In this document: in pieces, positions 17,127 to 31,052 of the stretch
Layout of the letters: every line of letters starts with the position of its first letter
Position numbering within the stretch: the first letter of the stretch is position 1
Origin: Azoarcus sp. KH32C
GTDB lineage: Bacteria > Pseudomonadota > Gammaproteobacteria > Burkholderiales > Rhodocyclaceae
Direction of reading: 5' to 3'
DNA: 64,000 bases
Assembly (NCBI RefSeq): GCF_000349945.1
Contig: NC_020516.1
Location: 2,870,311 to 2,934,310, forward strand
Notes under the pieces: generated by a model
Database searches by the model: none
Seen by the model: the letters and a program-made list of their open reading frames with translations, nothing else
What the model was told of the DNA's origin: nothing
Translations under genes and position numbers: made by a program

Positions 17127-19580
17127 ATGAGGAAAGCCAGCATGGGGGATCGAATTCGAGGGCGGGACGCGCCCATTGATGAGGGACCGCTGAGGCGGGG
17201 CAACGGCCTCGCCGTGCTGCGCTGCGTTACCTCGCTCATCGCCACGGCGAGCGACGAACGATCGCTACTGGAACAGGTGTGCAAGGCGGTCGTCGACGCT
17301 GCCGGCTATCGCTGCGCCTGGATCGGGTACGTCGATGAGGGACACGCAACGCTGCGACCGGCGGTGGCCTGGGGCTCGGGTCGCCTTGCCGACGGTCAGT
17401 TGAGCGTCATGACGGAGGGCGGCGAACAGCCTCCCGGGACCCTTTCGGCGCAAGGGACGCAGGTGCCGGCTGAGGCGGCGGTGCGCCTTCCTGCGCTCGA
17501 TGCGCGAGCGGCGTGCACTTCGCTGCAGGGCGCCGACGGAGAACTGCTGGCGGTGATTCCGTTGTGTGCCGGCTCGAACCCGCTGGGCGTGCTGCTGGTT
17601 CAGGAGGCCGGCATTCCCACGCTCGACGACGCGGAACTTGCCCTGCTGCGCGAGGCAGGCCGCGTCCTCGCGTACGGTATCGCTGCCTTGCGCTCCGCAG
17701 CCGAGCGCGCCCGAGCGGAGGCAGAGCTCGCGAGAATCGACCGCGCCCGGCGTACGCTGAGCGCGGGCAACCGCGCCCTGGTCCGCGCGACCGCGGAGCA
17801 GGTGCTCCTCGATGAAGTCTGCCGCATCAGCGTCGAAGAGGGCGGATATCGGGATGCCTGGGTGGCGTACCTGCGCCACGACGAGGACAAGAGCGTGGAG
17901 GTGATGGCCCAGTTCGGCGTCGATCGCGCCTACCTGGAGGGCCTGCGATGCAGCTGGGGGCCCAGCACGTCAGGCCGCGGGGCGGTGGGCATCGCCATCC
18001 GGACCGGACGCCCCAGCATCGGCCGCAACATCGCGGAAGACCCCGATCTCGCGCCTTGGCGTGACGAGGCGCTGCGCCGGGGCATCGCCGCGGTCAGCGC
18101 CTTTCCGCTGCGCGTGGACGGGGCGGTCATCGGGACCCTCGGATTGCACGCGAGCGACCCGGACGCCTTCAACCAGGCAGAGGAGGAATTGCTGAGCGAG
18201 CTCGCGGACGACCTTGCCTTCGGGATCGAGACCCTGCGCACGCGTGCGCGCTCCCGCGAGGCCGAGGCAGCGATCAAACGCCTGGCCGAGCAGGACGCCC
18301 TCACGGGGCTGCCCAACCGCTGGCGGCTGCGCAAGCGGCTGGACGACGAGATTGCCTCCTCGAAGCGTACGCACCGCTCGCTGGCGCTGCTTATGGTGGG
18401 TATCGACCAGTTTCAGGAGGTGAACGAGACGCTGGGCTACGAGCAGGGCGACGTCGTCCTGTCCGAGATTGCTGCGCGCCTGGCGCGTATCGCCGGCGAC
18501 TGCGCGAACATCGCGCGCATGGGTGAAGCCGAGTTCGCCATCCTGCTGCCGGACGGCGACGCGGCGAGCGCCGCACGAACGGGCCAGCGCATCCTCACGG
18601 CACTCCTCGAACCGGTGGAGGCCGGCGACGTCTTGCTGGATGCCAGCGGCAGCATCGGGATCGCCGTTTTCCCCGGGCACGGCTCGGAACCGGATGCACT
18701 TATCCGGCGCGCCAACGTGGCCATGCAGCAGGCGCGCCAGCAGGGCCAAAGGATGGCGCTCTACACCGGCGGACAGGACAAGGAGTGCGCGCGGCGGCTG
18801 GCGCTCATCGGCGACCTGCACCGGGCCATCGAAAGGAACGAACTGCGGCTCTACTGCCAGCCGAAGGTGCGCATCGCGGGTGGGGAAACCTGCGGCGCCG
18901 AAGCGCTGGTACGCTGGGAGCACCCACGGCTGGGCCTGATCCAGCCCAGCGAGTTCATCGCGCTGGCCGAGCGCACCGGCCTCATCAGTCCGCTTACCGA
19001 CTGGGTCATGCGGGCGGCCTTCCGCCAGGGCTATATGTGGCGCGATGCAGGGGTGCGTGTGCCGCTGGCGGTCAACGTCTCGGCCCGCGACCTGCGCGAT
19101 CCACGCCTCGTCGAGCGCGTGAGCTACCTGATGGCCACGTGGGGGGGTGAGCCCGATGCGGTGCAGTTCGAGCTCACAGAGAGTGCGCTGATGCACGATC
19201 CGCACGGTTGCCTGGAGAGCATGCGGCGCCTCAAAGACCTCGGCATCAAGCTCTTCATCGACGACTTCGGCACCGGTTATTCATCGCTGGCCTACCTCCA
19301 GAAGTTTCCGGTCGACGCCATCAAGATCGACCAGAGCTTCGTCCGCGACATGCTTTCGGATACCGACTCGGCGGTGATCGTGCGCTCCACGATCGATCTG
19401 GCCCACGACCTGGACCTGGAAGTCGTGGCCGAAGGCGTCGAAGACCGCCAGAGGTGGGACCATCTGGCCGAAGAAGGCTGCGATATCGCGCAGGGCTATT
19501 TCGTAAGCCAGCCCCTCCCGGCCGACACCTACCTCGCCTGGCGCGCTGACGCGACGATCGTCAAAGGACCGCTGCAGTAG
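17127..19580 (+). CDS. signalling protein with GAF domains, degenerate GGDEF domain and EAL phosphodiesterase domain
   Basis: 817 aa. The GGDEF site reads RMGEAEF (degenerate). EAL motif is present (AEALVRWEHP). DDFGTGYSSL and KIDQSFV are EAL signature motifs. Confidence 0.85.
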   Translation: MRKASMGDRIRGRDAPIDEGPLRRGNGLAVLRCVTSLIATASDERSLLEQVCKAVVDAAGYRCAWIGYVDEGHATLRPAVAWGSGRLADGQLSVMTEGGEQPPGTLSAQGTQVPAEAAVRLPALDARAACTSLQGADGELLAVIPLCAGSNPLGVLLVQEAGIPTLDDAELALLREAGRVLAYGIAALRSAAERARAEAELARIDRARRTLSAGNRALVRATAEQVLLDEVCRISVEEGGYRDAWVAYLRHDEDKSVEVMAQFGVDRAYLEGLRCSWGPSTSGRGAVGIAIRTGRPSIGRNIAEDPDLAPWRDEALRRGIAAVSAFPLRVDGAVIGTLGLHASDPDAFNQAEEELLSELADDLAFGIETLRTRARSREAEAAIKRLAEQDALTGLPNRWRLRKRLDDEIASSKRTHRSLALLMVGIDQFQEVNETLGYEQGDVVLSEIAARLARIAGDCANIARMGEAEFAILLPDGDAASAARTGQRILTALLEPVEAGDVLLDASGSIGIAVFPGHGSEPDALIRRANVAMQQARQQGQRMALYTGGQDKECARRLALIGDLHRAIERNELRLYCQPKVRIAGGETCGAEALVRWEHPRLGLIQPSEFIALAERTGLISPLTDWVMRAAFRQGYMWRDAGVRVPLAVNVSARDLRDPRLVERVSYLMATWGGEPDAVQFELTESALMHDPHGCLESMRRLKDLGIKLFIDDFGTGYSSLAYLQKFPVDAIKIDQSFVRDMLSDTDSAVIVRSTIDLAHDLDLEVVAEGVEDRQRWDHLAEEGCDIAQGYFVSQPLPADTYLAWRADATIVKGPLQ

Positions 19581-19647
19581 ATGCACCTGCTGGAGGGCGC
19601 GGTCACGCTCGGAGACGAGCGCGGCCCGCGCGTCCGGATCCTTGCGG

Positions 19648-20358
19648 CTAAACGTTATTCCCGGACATATCGAAGACGAGGACTTCCGCGGAATGCGCGT
19701 CGTCGAGGACGATCGACGATTCGCCGTCGAGCGCCGCCCCGTCGCCCGTGCCGAGACGCTGGCCGTTGAGCGTGACCTCGCCGCGGGCGACCTGCACCCA
19801 CGCGATACGCCCCGCGGCGAGTCCGTGTTCCACGCTCTGGCCGCCGTCGAGCAGCGTCGAGTACAGGCGCACGTCCTGATGAACCGTCACCGAGCCGTCA
19901 CTGCCATCCGGGCTCGCGATCAGACGCAGACGCCCGTTGCGCTCGTCACTCGGGAAATTGCGCTGTTCGTATCCGGGTTTGAGACCGCGTGCGGCGGGGA
20001 TGATCCAGATCTGCAGGAAGTGGACCGGGTCGGAGCCCGAGTGGTTGTATTCGCTGTGGCTGATGCCGGTGCCGGCAGTCATGCGCTGCACGTCCCCTGG
20101 CCGGATCACCGAGCCCGTGCCGATACTGTCCTTGTGCTCGAGCGCGCCCTCCAGCACATAGGAAATGATCTCCATGTCGCGGTGGCTGTGCGTCGGAAAG
20201 CCCTCGCCGGGAATGACGCGGTCTTCGTTGATGACGCGCAAGGGGCCGAAGCCCATGTGCTTGGCGTCGTAATAGTGCCCGAACGAGAAGCTGTGCTTCG
20301 AATTCAGCCAGTCGAAATCGGCCACGCCGCGCTCGTTTGCCCTTCTGATCGTGATCAT
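19648..20358 (-). CDS. pirin family protein
   Basis: 236 aa with cupin His motifs (HSHRDMEIISYVLEG ... ISHSEYN) typical of pirin/YhhW. Confidence 0.85.
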   Translation of the reverse strand: MITIRRANERGVADFDWLNSKHSFSFGHYYDAKHMGFGPLRVINEDRVIPGEGFPTHSHRDMEIISYVLEGALEHKDSIGTGSVIRPGDVQRMTAGTGISHSEYNHSGSDPVHFLQIWIIPAARGLKPGYEQRNFPSDERNGRLRLIASPDGSDGSVTVHQDVRLYSTLLDGGQSVEHGLAAGRIAWVQVARGEVTLNGQRLGTGDGAALDGESSIVLDDAHSAEVLVFDMSGNNV

Positions 20359-20546
20359 TTTGAAGCTCCTTGTGAGTGTCCGTGGGGATCACTGTAGGAG
20401 CGTTCAGGTGGGCGAAAAACCACCCCCGTCGCGATTCACTGTTGCATCATGGGCAACAATTGATGCGAAGGGCTGGGATTGAACGGGCAACAATCAAACT
20501 CGGCCAGGGAGAGGATGGCAATCCGCCCCCTGGCGTTCGGAAGGAA

Positions 20547-22193
<1,647 letters not shown>

Positions 22194-22340
22194 TTTTTGG
22201 CCCTAGGGGGAAAGAAAAAGTCGGAAAAATCTGAAACAAGCCGCGAAGGGGCTCAAGTATCGGGGCCCGGCGTGGCGGGGTCAATCCGCGGCCCGCACAC
22301 CAATTGTTTCAACGCGCCACTCCTCGCAAGCGCCATTCCC

Positions 22341-22985
22341 TCAGAACGGGACAACGCTTTCGAAAGTCATGGGCACCCGCCGCTCGGGGTGGATGAACGC
22401 GATCGCCGTGGCGTGCAGATGCATGCGGGCATGGCGCGCCGCGCTGTCCGGCGGCGCGTAGAGCACGTCGCCGAGGATGGGATGGCCCAGCGACATCAGG
22501 TGCACGCGCAACTGGTGCGTCCGGCCGGTGACGGGCTTGAGCTCCATGCGCGAGACGGCCTCGGCGCCCTCCCCGCTGCGGGCAACGACGCGATACCGGG
22601 TCAGCGCGCGGCGGCCGTTCACCGGGTCGACGATCTGGCGCGGATTGTTGTCGGGGTCCGCCGCGAGAGGCAGATCGATCTCGCCGCTGTCGCTCGCGAC
22701 GTGGCCGTGGACCGAAGCGACGTAGCGCTTGCCGACGGTCCGCTGGGCGAAGGCTGCGTTCATCCGGCGCAACATTTCGGCGCCGCGGGCGAGCAGGATC
22801 AGCCCGGAGGTCGCCATGTCGAGCCGGTGCACGAGCAAGGCATCGTCGTAGAGCGCCTGCACCCGCGCTTCGAGGCAGTCCTGCCGGTCGTCGCCGCGGG
22901 CGGGCTGTGAGAGCAGGCCGGCCGGCTTGTCGGCCACGACGATCGCGTCGTCGGCGTAGAGGATGGCGGGAGCGAGATGCGGCAC
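22341..22985 (-). CDS. rluA: RluA-family pseudouridine synthase
   Basis: 214 aa with catalytic HRLDMATSGL motif. Confidence 0.85.
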   Translation of the reverse strand: MPHLAPAILYADDAIVVADKPAGLLSQPARGDDRQDCLEARVQALYDDALLVHRLDMATSGLILLARGAEMLRRMNAAFAQRTVGKRYVASVHGHVASDSGEIDLPLAADPDNNPRQIVDPVNGRRALTRYRVVARSGEGAEAVSRMELKPVTGRTHQLRVHLMSLGHPILGDVLYAPPDSAARHARMHLHATAIAFIHPERRVPMTFESVVPF

Positions 22986-23112
22986 TGTCGGGAAAGGATA
23001 AGAGGCTTACGCGGCCAAGCCTTTTATCAAGAATCCGCCGCGGCGGCAAACGGAAAATTCCCCGACTTTGCCGGCACAATAAGGCCCCCAACCCTTTGCA
23101 TGCCGAGTACTC

Positions 23113-23922
23113 ATGTCCCGACTGCCCCAACGCATCGTCTGCCTCAGCACCGAAACCGTCGAGGTTCTCTATGCGCTCGGCGAAGCGCATCGCATCGTCG
23201 GGATTTCCGGCTACACCGTGATCCCGCCCGAGGCCCGCAAGGAAAAGCCGAAGGTGTTCGCGTTCTCAACCGGTGATCTCGAACGGATCCTCGCAGTCCA
23301 GCCCGACCTGGTGCTGTGCTTCTGCGACCTGCAGGCCGACATCGCACGCGACCTCGTCAAGGCCGGCGTCCCGGTACACGTCTTCAACCAGCGCAGCGTC
23401 GAAGACATCCTCGCGATGATCGAGACGGTCGGGCGCCTCGTCGGCGCGGAGGAACGGGCGCAAGCGCTGGTCGGCGAGCTCGAAGCCGTGATCGCCGCCA
23501 CACGCGCCGCGGCGGCCCGCCTTCCCCATCGGCCGCGCGTGTACTTCGAGGAATGGGACGAGCCTGCGATCTCCGGCATCCGTTGGGTGTCGGAATTGAT
23601 CGGGATCGCGGGCGGCGAAGACGTCTTCGGCGAACTCGCGGCCCGACCGTCCGCACGCGACCGAATCCTTCCCGATCCTTTGGAGGCCGCCCGCCGATGC
23701 CCCGACCTCATCATCGGATCCTGGTGCGGCAAACGCTTCCGGCCCGAAAAAGTTGTGGCACGGCCGGGCTGGGAGGATGTGCCCGCCGTGCGCGACGGGC
23801 ACATCCACGAGCTCAAGTCGGCGATCATCCTCGCCCCCGGCCCGGTCGCGATCCGCGAGGGGCTACCCGCGCTGGCAAAGCTGATCGCGGATTGGGCGAA
23901 GGGGCCGGGAGCGGGCACTTAG
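23113..23922 (+). CDS. BtuF/TroA-like (PBP type 2, cobalamin/iron-siderophore class) binding protein, apparently without signal peptide
   Basis: 269 aa Peripla_BP_2-like sequence (...QPDLVLCFCDL...). N-terminus MSRLPQRIVCLSTETVEVLYAL has no hydrophobic leader. Confidence 0.6.
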   Translation: MSRLPQRIVCLSTETVEVLYALGEAHRIVGISGYTVIPPEARKEKPKVFAFSTGDLERILAVQPDLVLCFCDLQADIARDLVKAGVPVHVFNQRSVEDILAMIETVGRLVGAEERAQALVGELEAVIAATRAAAARLPHRPRVYFEEWDEPAISGIRWVSELIGIAGGEDVFGELAARPSARDRILPDPLEAARRCPDLIIGSWCGKRFRPEKVVARPGWEDVPAVRDGHIHELKSAIILAPGPVAIREGLPALAKLIADWAKGPGAGT

Positions 23923-23948
23923 CAGATCCTTTTCCCGCTCGCTACCTG

Positions 23949-24596
23949 TTACTCCACGCGCTTGCCCAGCCAGGGCGAGCTGGCGAGGTGCCCCCGTTCG
24001 AAGGCGGCGATTTCCGCCGCATGGAGCAGCGTCTCGCCGATGTCGTCGAGCCCGTTGAGCAGCCGGTCCCGGCGGAAGGGATCGATGTCGAACGTAATCG
24101 CCTCGCCCGACGGCGTCACGACAACCTGCTTCTCCAGGTCGACCGTCAGGCGATAGCCCTCGGTCGCCGCGACTTCGTCGAACAGGCGGTCGATCACGTC
24201 GCTCGGCAGCGTGATCGGCAGCAGGCCGTTCTTGAAGCAGTTGTTGAAGAAGATGTCGGCGAAGCTGGTCCCGACCAGTGCGCGGATGCCGTACTGCTCG
24301 AGCGCCCACGGCGCATGCTCGCGTGACGAGCCGCAGCCGAAGTTCTCGCGCGTGAGCAGGATGCTCGCCCCTTCGTAGCGCGGCCGGTTCAGCTCGAAAT
24401 CCGGATTGAGCTTGCGGCTCGCCGGGTCGATGCCGATGTAGCCCGCATCGAGGTAGCGCCATTCGTCGAAGCAATGCGGCCCGAATCCGGAGCGGTGGAT
24501 GGACTTCAGGAACTGCTTCGGGATGATCGCATCCGTGTCGACGTTTTCCCGGTCGAGCGGCGCGACGAGGCCGTTCAGGACGGTGAATTTGTTCAT
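23949..24596 (-). CDS. leuD: 3-isopropylmalate dehydratase small subunit
   Basis: 215 aa. Full-length colinearity with LeuD ([31 protein letters not shown]...). Confidence 0.95.
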   Translation of the reverse strand: MNKFTVLNGLVAPLDRENVDTDAIIPKQFLKSIHRSGFGPHCFDEWRYLDAGYIGIDPASRKLNPDFELNRPRYEGASILLTRENFGCGSSREHAPWALEQYGIRALVGTSFADIFFNNCFKNGLLPITLPSDVIDRLFDEVAATEGYRLTVDLEKQVVVTPSGEAITFDIDPFRRDRLLNGLDDIGETLLHAAEIAAFERGHLASSPWLGKRVE

Positions 24597-24605
24597 ATCT
24601 TTTCC

Positions 24606-26009
24606 TCAGTTCAATTCGCGGACGTCAACGAAACGGCCAGCGACCGCAGCGGCGGCCGCCATTTCGGGGCTCACGAGGTGCGTTCGGCCCCCCGCGCCCT
24701 GACGCCCTTCGAAGTTACGGTTCGACGTCGAGGCACAGCGCTCGCCGGCACCGAGGCGGTCGTTGTTCATCCCCAGGCACATCGAACAGCCCGGCTCGCG
24801 CCACTCGAAGCCCGCTCGCACGAAGATCCGGTCCAGCCCCTCCCGCTCGGCCTGCTCCTTCACGAGTCCCGACCCGGGCACGACGATCGCGAGCTTCACG
24901 TTGACCGCGACGCTGCGCCCTTCGACGACCTTGGCCGCGGCGCGCAGGTCTTCGATGCGCGAATTGGTACAGGAGCCGATGAAGACCTTGTCGATGGGGA
25001 CGTCCGTGATCGGCGTCAGCGGTTCGAGGCCCATGTAGGCGAGTGCGCGCTCGATCGCGTCGCGCTTGACCGGGTCGCTCTCAGCAGACGGATCCGGCGT
25101 GCGACCGCCCACGGGGATCACCATCTCCGGCGACGTGCCCCAGGTGACCTGCGGCGCGATATCCGCCGCGTCGATCTCGACCATCCGGTCGAAGACCGCG
25201 TCGGGATCGGAACGCAGCGTCTTCCACGCTTCGACCGCCTCATCCCATTTGTTGCTGCACGGCGCGTAGGGACGCCCCTTGAGGTAGTCGATCGTCGTGT
25301 CGTCGACCGCAACGAGACCCGCCCGCGCGCCGGCCTCGATCGCCATGTTGCAGACCGTCATCCGGCCTTCCACCGACATCTCGCGGAACACGCTGCCGGC
25401 GAATTCGATCGTGTGTCCGGTGCCGCCCGCGGTGCCAATGCGGCCGATGATGTGCAGCGCGACATCCTTGGGCGTGACGCCTGCCGCGAGCCGGCCCTCG
25501 ACGCGGACCAGCATGTTGCGCGATTTCTTCATCACCATGCACTGCGTCGCGAGCACATGCTCGACGTCCGACGTGCCGATCCCGAAGGCCAAGGCGCCGA
25601 ACGCGCCGTGCGTGCTGGTGTGCGAATCGCCGCAAACGATGGTCATGCCCGGCAGCGTCGCCCCCTGCTCCGGTCCGATGACGTGCACGATGCCTTGGCG
25701 CTTGTCGTCGAGGCCGAAGAGCGTCACCGCATGCTCCTTGCAGTTCTCGATCAGCGTGTTGACCTGCAGCGCTGCGATCTCGTCCTCGATGCCCTTCACG
25801 CGGTCCTTGGTCGGCACGTTGTGGTCCGGCGTCGCGACGATGCTACTGATGCGCCACGGCTTGCGGCCGGCGAGCTTCAGGCCCTCGAAGGCCTGCGGGC
25901 TCGTGACCTCGTGCATGATGTGGCGGTCGATGTAGATCAGGCTGCTGCCGTCGTCGCCCTGCCTGACGACGTGCGCGTCCCAGATCTTGTCATAGAGTGT
26001 CTTTCCCAT
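24606..26009 (-). CDS. leuC: 3-isopropylmalate dehydratase large subunit
   Basis: 467 aa aconitase-family protein with conserved Cys ligands. Adjacent to leuD. Confidence 0.95.
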   Translation of the reverse strand: MGKTLYDKIWDAHVVRQGDDGSSLIYIDRHIMHEVTSPQAFEGLKLAGRKPWRISSIVATPDHNVPTKDRVKGIEDEIAALQVNTLIENCKEHAVTLFGLDDKRQGIVHVIGPEQGATLPGMTIVCGDSHTSTHGAFGALAFGIGTSDVEHVLATQCMVMKKSRNMLVRVEGRLAAGVTPKDVALHIIGRIGTAGGTGHTIEFAGSVFREMSVEGRMTVCNMAIEAGARAGLVAVDDTTIDYLKGRPYAPCSNKWDEAVEAWKTLRSDPDAVFDRMVEIDAADIAPQVTWGTSPEMVIPVGGRTPDPSAESDPVKRDAIERALAYMGLEPLTPITDVPIDKVFIGSCTNSRIEDLRAAAKVVEGRSVAVNVKLAIVVPGSGLVKEQAEREGLDRIFVRAGFEWREPGCSMCLGMNNDRLGAGERCASTSNRNFEGRQGAGGRTHLVSPEMAAAAAVAGRFVDVRELN

Positions 26010-26121
26010 CGCGTCCTGGCTCCTGGTCGTTTAACCGCAGGGGCCATGGTCGCAAAGCGCGGCGAGGCTGAAAAACGGTCCTTCGCCATGGCAGCCATCT
26101 CGTTTGGAGATGGCTGACCCG

Positions 26122-27006
26122 TCATGCGGTCAGGTGAGAAAGCAGCAGGCGCGCCGCGACGGGAAGATAGGCAGCATCTCGAACCACGATGTGAAGTTGG
26201 CGCGTCGCCCACTTGTCGGTCAGCCGGATCAGCCGCAGCCCGAGCGCGGAGGCGAAGAAGCGGCCGACGCGTTCCGGAACGACGCCGACGCCGAGCCCGA
26301 CATCCACCATCCGGCACAAGGCGTCGAAGCTCGTCACATGAATGCGCAGGCGGCGGACCATGCCCGCTTCGGCCGCGGCGTTTTCGAGCAGCGTGAAGAG
26401 CGCGCTGTTCTGGCTCAGACCAACATGGTCGTAGGCGAGACTCGCGACGTAGCCCGTCTCCTCCATCGCCGCGAGCGGGTGGTCGGGCCGCACCAGCAGG
26501 ACGAGCTGGTCGCAGCGGTACGGATAGCATTCGAGGCCGTCAAGTTCGCCTGCGTCGGACACGACACCGAGATCGGTCCGTCCCTCGCGCACGGCACGCA
26601 GGATGTCCGTGCTCAGGTGTTCCTGCAGGTCGATCTTGATGCCTTCGTTCGCCGTCATGAAGGCCCGGAGATCCTCGGGCAGGAATTCGACGACGGCGGA
26701 GATGTTTGCGTGCATGCGCACATGGCCCCGCACGCCCTGCGCATATTCGGACATCTCCGCGTGCAGCAGGTCGACGCTTCGCAGCACGCTGCGCGCATGA
26801 AACAGCAGCGCCTCGCCCGCGGCCGTGGGCTTGACCCCCCGCGCGCCGCGTTCGAGCAGCGGCAGGCCGAAGAGCTGCTCCAGTTCGACGAGCCGCTTGC
26901 TGACCGCCGACGCGACGATGTGCTCGCGCTCGGCGCCCTTCGCGATCGCGCCCGTCTCGCAGACCGCGACGAAGAGCTGCATCGAAACGAGGTCGACCCG
27001 TTTCAC
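26122..27006 (-). CDS. LysR-family transcriptional regulator
   Basis: 294 aa with N-terminal HTH (MKRVDLVSMQLFVAVCETGAIAKGAEREHIVASAVSKRLVELE) plus a LysR substrate-binding domain. Confidence 0.85.
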   Translation of the reverse strand: MKRVDLVSMQLFVAVCETGAIAKGAEREHIVASAVSKRLVELEQLFGLPLLERGARGVKPTAAGEALLFHARSVLRSVDLLHAEMSEYAQGVRGHVRMHANISAVVEFLPEDLRAFMTANEGIKIDLQEHLSTDILRAVREGRTDLGVVSDAGELDGLECYPYRCDQLVLLVRPDHPLAAMEETGYVASLAYDHVGLSQNSALFTLLENAAAEAGMVRRLRIHVTSFDALCRMVDVGLGVGVVPERVGRFFASALGLRLIRLTDKWATRQLHIVVRDAAYLPVAARLLLSHLTA

Positions 27007-27127
27007 GACGACGCCCTCGCCGCTCTCACCCGCGTTGCTGTCTTCAAGTTCCCTCTTCTCCCCGGCGATTCAGCTCGCATCCGGAGAGTTTCGGGGATCG
27101 CGACGCAGGTTCGCAAGCCCCAGGCGC

Positions 27128-28183
27128 TCAGGCGGCGCCCGCGGACAATGCGTCGATGCGCCTTCGGAGCGTCGCGCACTCGTCGACGAATCGAGAGCGC
27201 ACATGCGCGAAATAATCTTCCCAGTCGTCGACGCTTCTCGCCTGACGATAGACGGTGTCGAGTTGGAGGGTCTGGATAGCAAGGATCAGGTCGGCAACCT
27301 GGTCCTGCAGGTCGCGGACGCGACTGCGCGCCGAGTGGTCGGTCGATGCGCTTGTGCTCGCCGTGGTGTCCTGGCGCGCGATGGAATCGGTTTCGAGTTC
27401 GCCCAGGAGACGCTGAAGTGCCGCCAGGTCGCTCCTGCGATAGGCTTCCTGGACGCTGAGAAAGGACTCGTGCGCCGCGTCCTTGTCGGTGTCGCCCACC
27501 CGGTCCGGATGGCAGCGCATGACGGCCGCGCGGTAGAGACGGCGCAGCTCGTCTTGTTCCTCTTCGTCCAGTTGCGCGGATGCCTGCCGTGAGGACTCCT
27601 CGACGGTCTTGTGAAAGGCGTCGCGTTCCTTCGCGGCCGCGCCCGCCTCTTCGCGGTCGGAAGCCGCGCCCGTTTGTTCGGCTCTCAGCCGGTAGTATTC
27701 GGCGCGCAGCATCAAGCATTCCTCGATCACCGTGCCCAAGGCCACGTACTGGGACTGCTGGAACTGGCACACCAGCCGCTGCATCTCCGCGAGCCGCACT
27801 GTGAGATCCCGCATCTGCCCTTGCAACATGACCGCACGGGCGATCAGCTTGTCCAGGTCCGCATCGGGCATATGCGCGACGGCGGCTTCGGCGGTGGCGG
27901 GTTCGGGGACTTCCTCGTCCTCGATTTCAGCGGATTCCGCGGGCAGGACTTCGAGCTCGGGCAGAAGCTCTTCCGACTTCGACGCTGGCTGCTGTTCCGG
28001 CTCGGCGGCAGGTCCAGGCTCTGCGACCTGCGGTTCGGGTTCGACGAGAGGCGGTGGAAGCTCGACAACGGCGGCTGCGGCCGTGGTCTCGTCTCGCTTG
28101 ATCTCAGGAGTCCGGCGCTCACCCTGGCCGAAGAAGGCGAGCATCGCGCCGCGGACGCGGTGAACGAAGGTCGATAGATTCAT
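27128..28183 (-). CDS. J-domain (DnaJ-like) protein with acidic Pro/Glu-rich N-terminal region
   Basis: 351 aa. C-terminal J-domain with HPD motif (LYRAAVMRCHPDRVGD...). N-terminal ~110 aa are low-complexity E/P/A-rich. Confidence 0.55.
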   Translation of the reverse strand: MNLSTFVHRVRGAMLAFFGQGERRTPEIKRDETTAAAAVVELPPPLVEPEPQVAEPGPAAEPEQQPASKSEELLPELEVLPAESAEIEDEEVPEPATAEAAVAHMPDADLDKLIARAVMLQGQMRDLTVRLAEMQRLVCQFQQSQYVALGTVIEECLMLRAEYYRLRAEQTGAASDREEAGAAAKERDAFHKTVEESSRQASAQLDEEEQDELRRLYRAAVMRCHPDRVGDTDKDAAHESFLSVQEAYRRSDLAALQRLLGELETDSIARQDTTASTSASTDHSARSRVRDLQDQVADLILAIQTLQLDTVYRQARSVDDWEDYFAHVRSRFVDECATLRRRIDALSAGAA

Positions 28184-28361
28184 GCCCGAATCGCGTCACC
28201 GTTTCGATGCCGCGCCCCCGAAAAGTGTCGACCTTAGCATTCTGACGGAATATCGGCCGCCAAGAGCGTCGATTCCGGTAAGGAAATGTCATCGGGGGAG
28301 GCCGTGGCGGGCCTGCGGAGGGCGACGCGTCGCACGGGATTGCGACGCGTCGTCGAAAGGC

Positions 28362-28958
28362 TTAGCTCGCGAGCCGGCGATCGGGGAAGTCGATCACCCG
28401 CGCCTGGTGCCGACGTTCCTGGAAGAACTGCTGCAGGCCGGTCTTGCCACGTGCCGGCGAGAAGCCGGTGAGCATCTGCATCTTGGTCTGCGCGGCGGTC
28501 ATGATGTCGAACCATGCGCGGAGCAAGACTTCCATGCGTGCGGCGCTTTCCGGGCTCAGCTGCGGCATCGTCTCGCTGTCCATGGCCTGACGGCGCGAGA
28601 TGTTGTCGATTGCGAGGTTCGCGGTCTCGTTCTGGATCTGGAGCAGCCGTTCCCGCAGCGACAGCAGCAGCGTGTTCATGACCATGATCGTCCGCATGCT
28701 CATGTTGCCGGCCGCTTCGCTGGCGTGTAGCGAGTCCGACCCTTCGGGCAACGGCGGGACGATCATCGACGCGCTCTCGCGCAGCCCGAGCGTCTCTTCG
28801 ATGCTTGCGATGGCGGCCTGCCAAGCTGTCGTTGCGCTGAGTTGTTGTTCCCAGGCCAAGCCGATGGTTTCCCTGCTCATTTCATCAAGGTTGAAAGGCG
28901 GGATGAATTCGTATTCCAGGGCATCGGTGTGGATGGTGTTCAGGTTCGTTGTCCTCAT
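28362..28958 (-). CDS. hypothetical protein
   Basis: Start chosen at MRTTNLNTIHTD, preceded by a GAGGAG RBS 8 nt upstream. ~198 aa with no recognised domain. Co-directional between rtcR and the J-domain gene. Confidence 0.4.
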   Translation of the reverse strand: MRTTNLNTIHTDALEYEFIPPFNLDEMSRETIGLAWEQQLSATTAWQAAIASIEETLGLRESASMIVPPLPEGSDSLHASEAAGNMSMRTIMVMNTLLLSLRERLLQIQNETANLAIDNISRRQAMDSETMPQLSPESAARMEVLLRAWFDIMTAAQTKMQMLTGFSPARGKTGLQQFFQERRHQARVIDFPDRRLAS

Positions 28959-29171
28959 GTTGCCGTCTCCTCGGTCTAGGTTTAACTCCGGATTGATGCC
29001 GCCGGTTGGAGCGAGTGGCTCCGTCCAGTACATCCGGAACGATGCAAATGTGCGACCGCCTCCGAACCCAAAGGAATCCCCAAGGCGGAAATCATTCCAG
29101 GTCAAACGATAGTCTGAAGTGTCCTCCCGACCTGTTACAAAATGATCACAGCCGTAACGGATCATCGCGTA

Positions 29172-30770
<1,599 letters not shown>

Positions 30771-30908
30771 GGTTTTATCTTTTCGGATAAGTAACTCGAT
30801 ACAAGTCTATATTCCGCGCCCTGGTCTCGCTCGCCAGGATTTCACACGAAGGGAAACAGTGCCGTCGTATCAACGGCTTCGCGATTCGTTCGACGATCGC
30901 CATGCCGC

Positions 30909-30924
30909 TGGCACGCCTCTCGCA
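30909..30924 (+). promoter_or_regulatory. sigma-54 (-24/-12) promoter: TGGCACG-N4-TCGCA
   Basis: TGGCACGCCTCTCGCA matches the TGGCACG-N4-TTGCW consensus with GG and GC correctly spaced. It is oriented towards the slipin-rtcB genes and opposite the EBP gene rtcR. Confidence 0.65.
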
Positions 30925-31052
30925 ATAGGTGAAGCGATCGCCGACGCGCTGCAATGGCCCACGGGCCGGGGCTGAAGACCCCGCCGGTGCGCGGGAGCCG
31001 GAGTCCGCTCTGTCGTTCCTGCGTATGCCGCCGCCGTGTGGATGCGATCGCC

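Noticed and set aside
22986-23112. Possible cobalamin riboswitch upstream of the BtuF-like gene
   Set aside because: Only ~127 nt of intergenic sequence and no B12-box-like conserved element visible.
28234-28824. 196-aa Arg-rich minus-strand ORF overlapping the hypothetical gene
   Set aside because: Alternative frame of the 28362-28958 gene region with extreme Arg/Asp composition. Considered an artefact.
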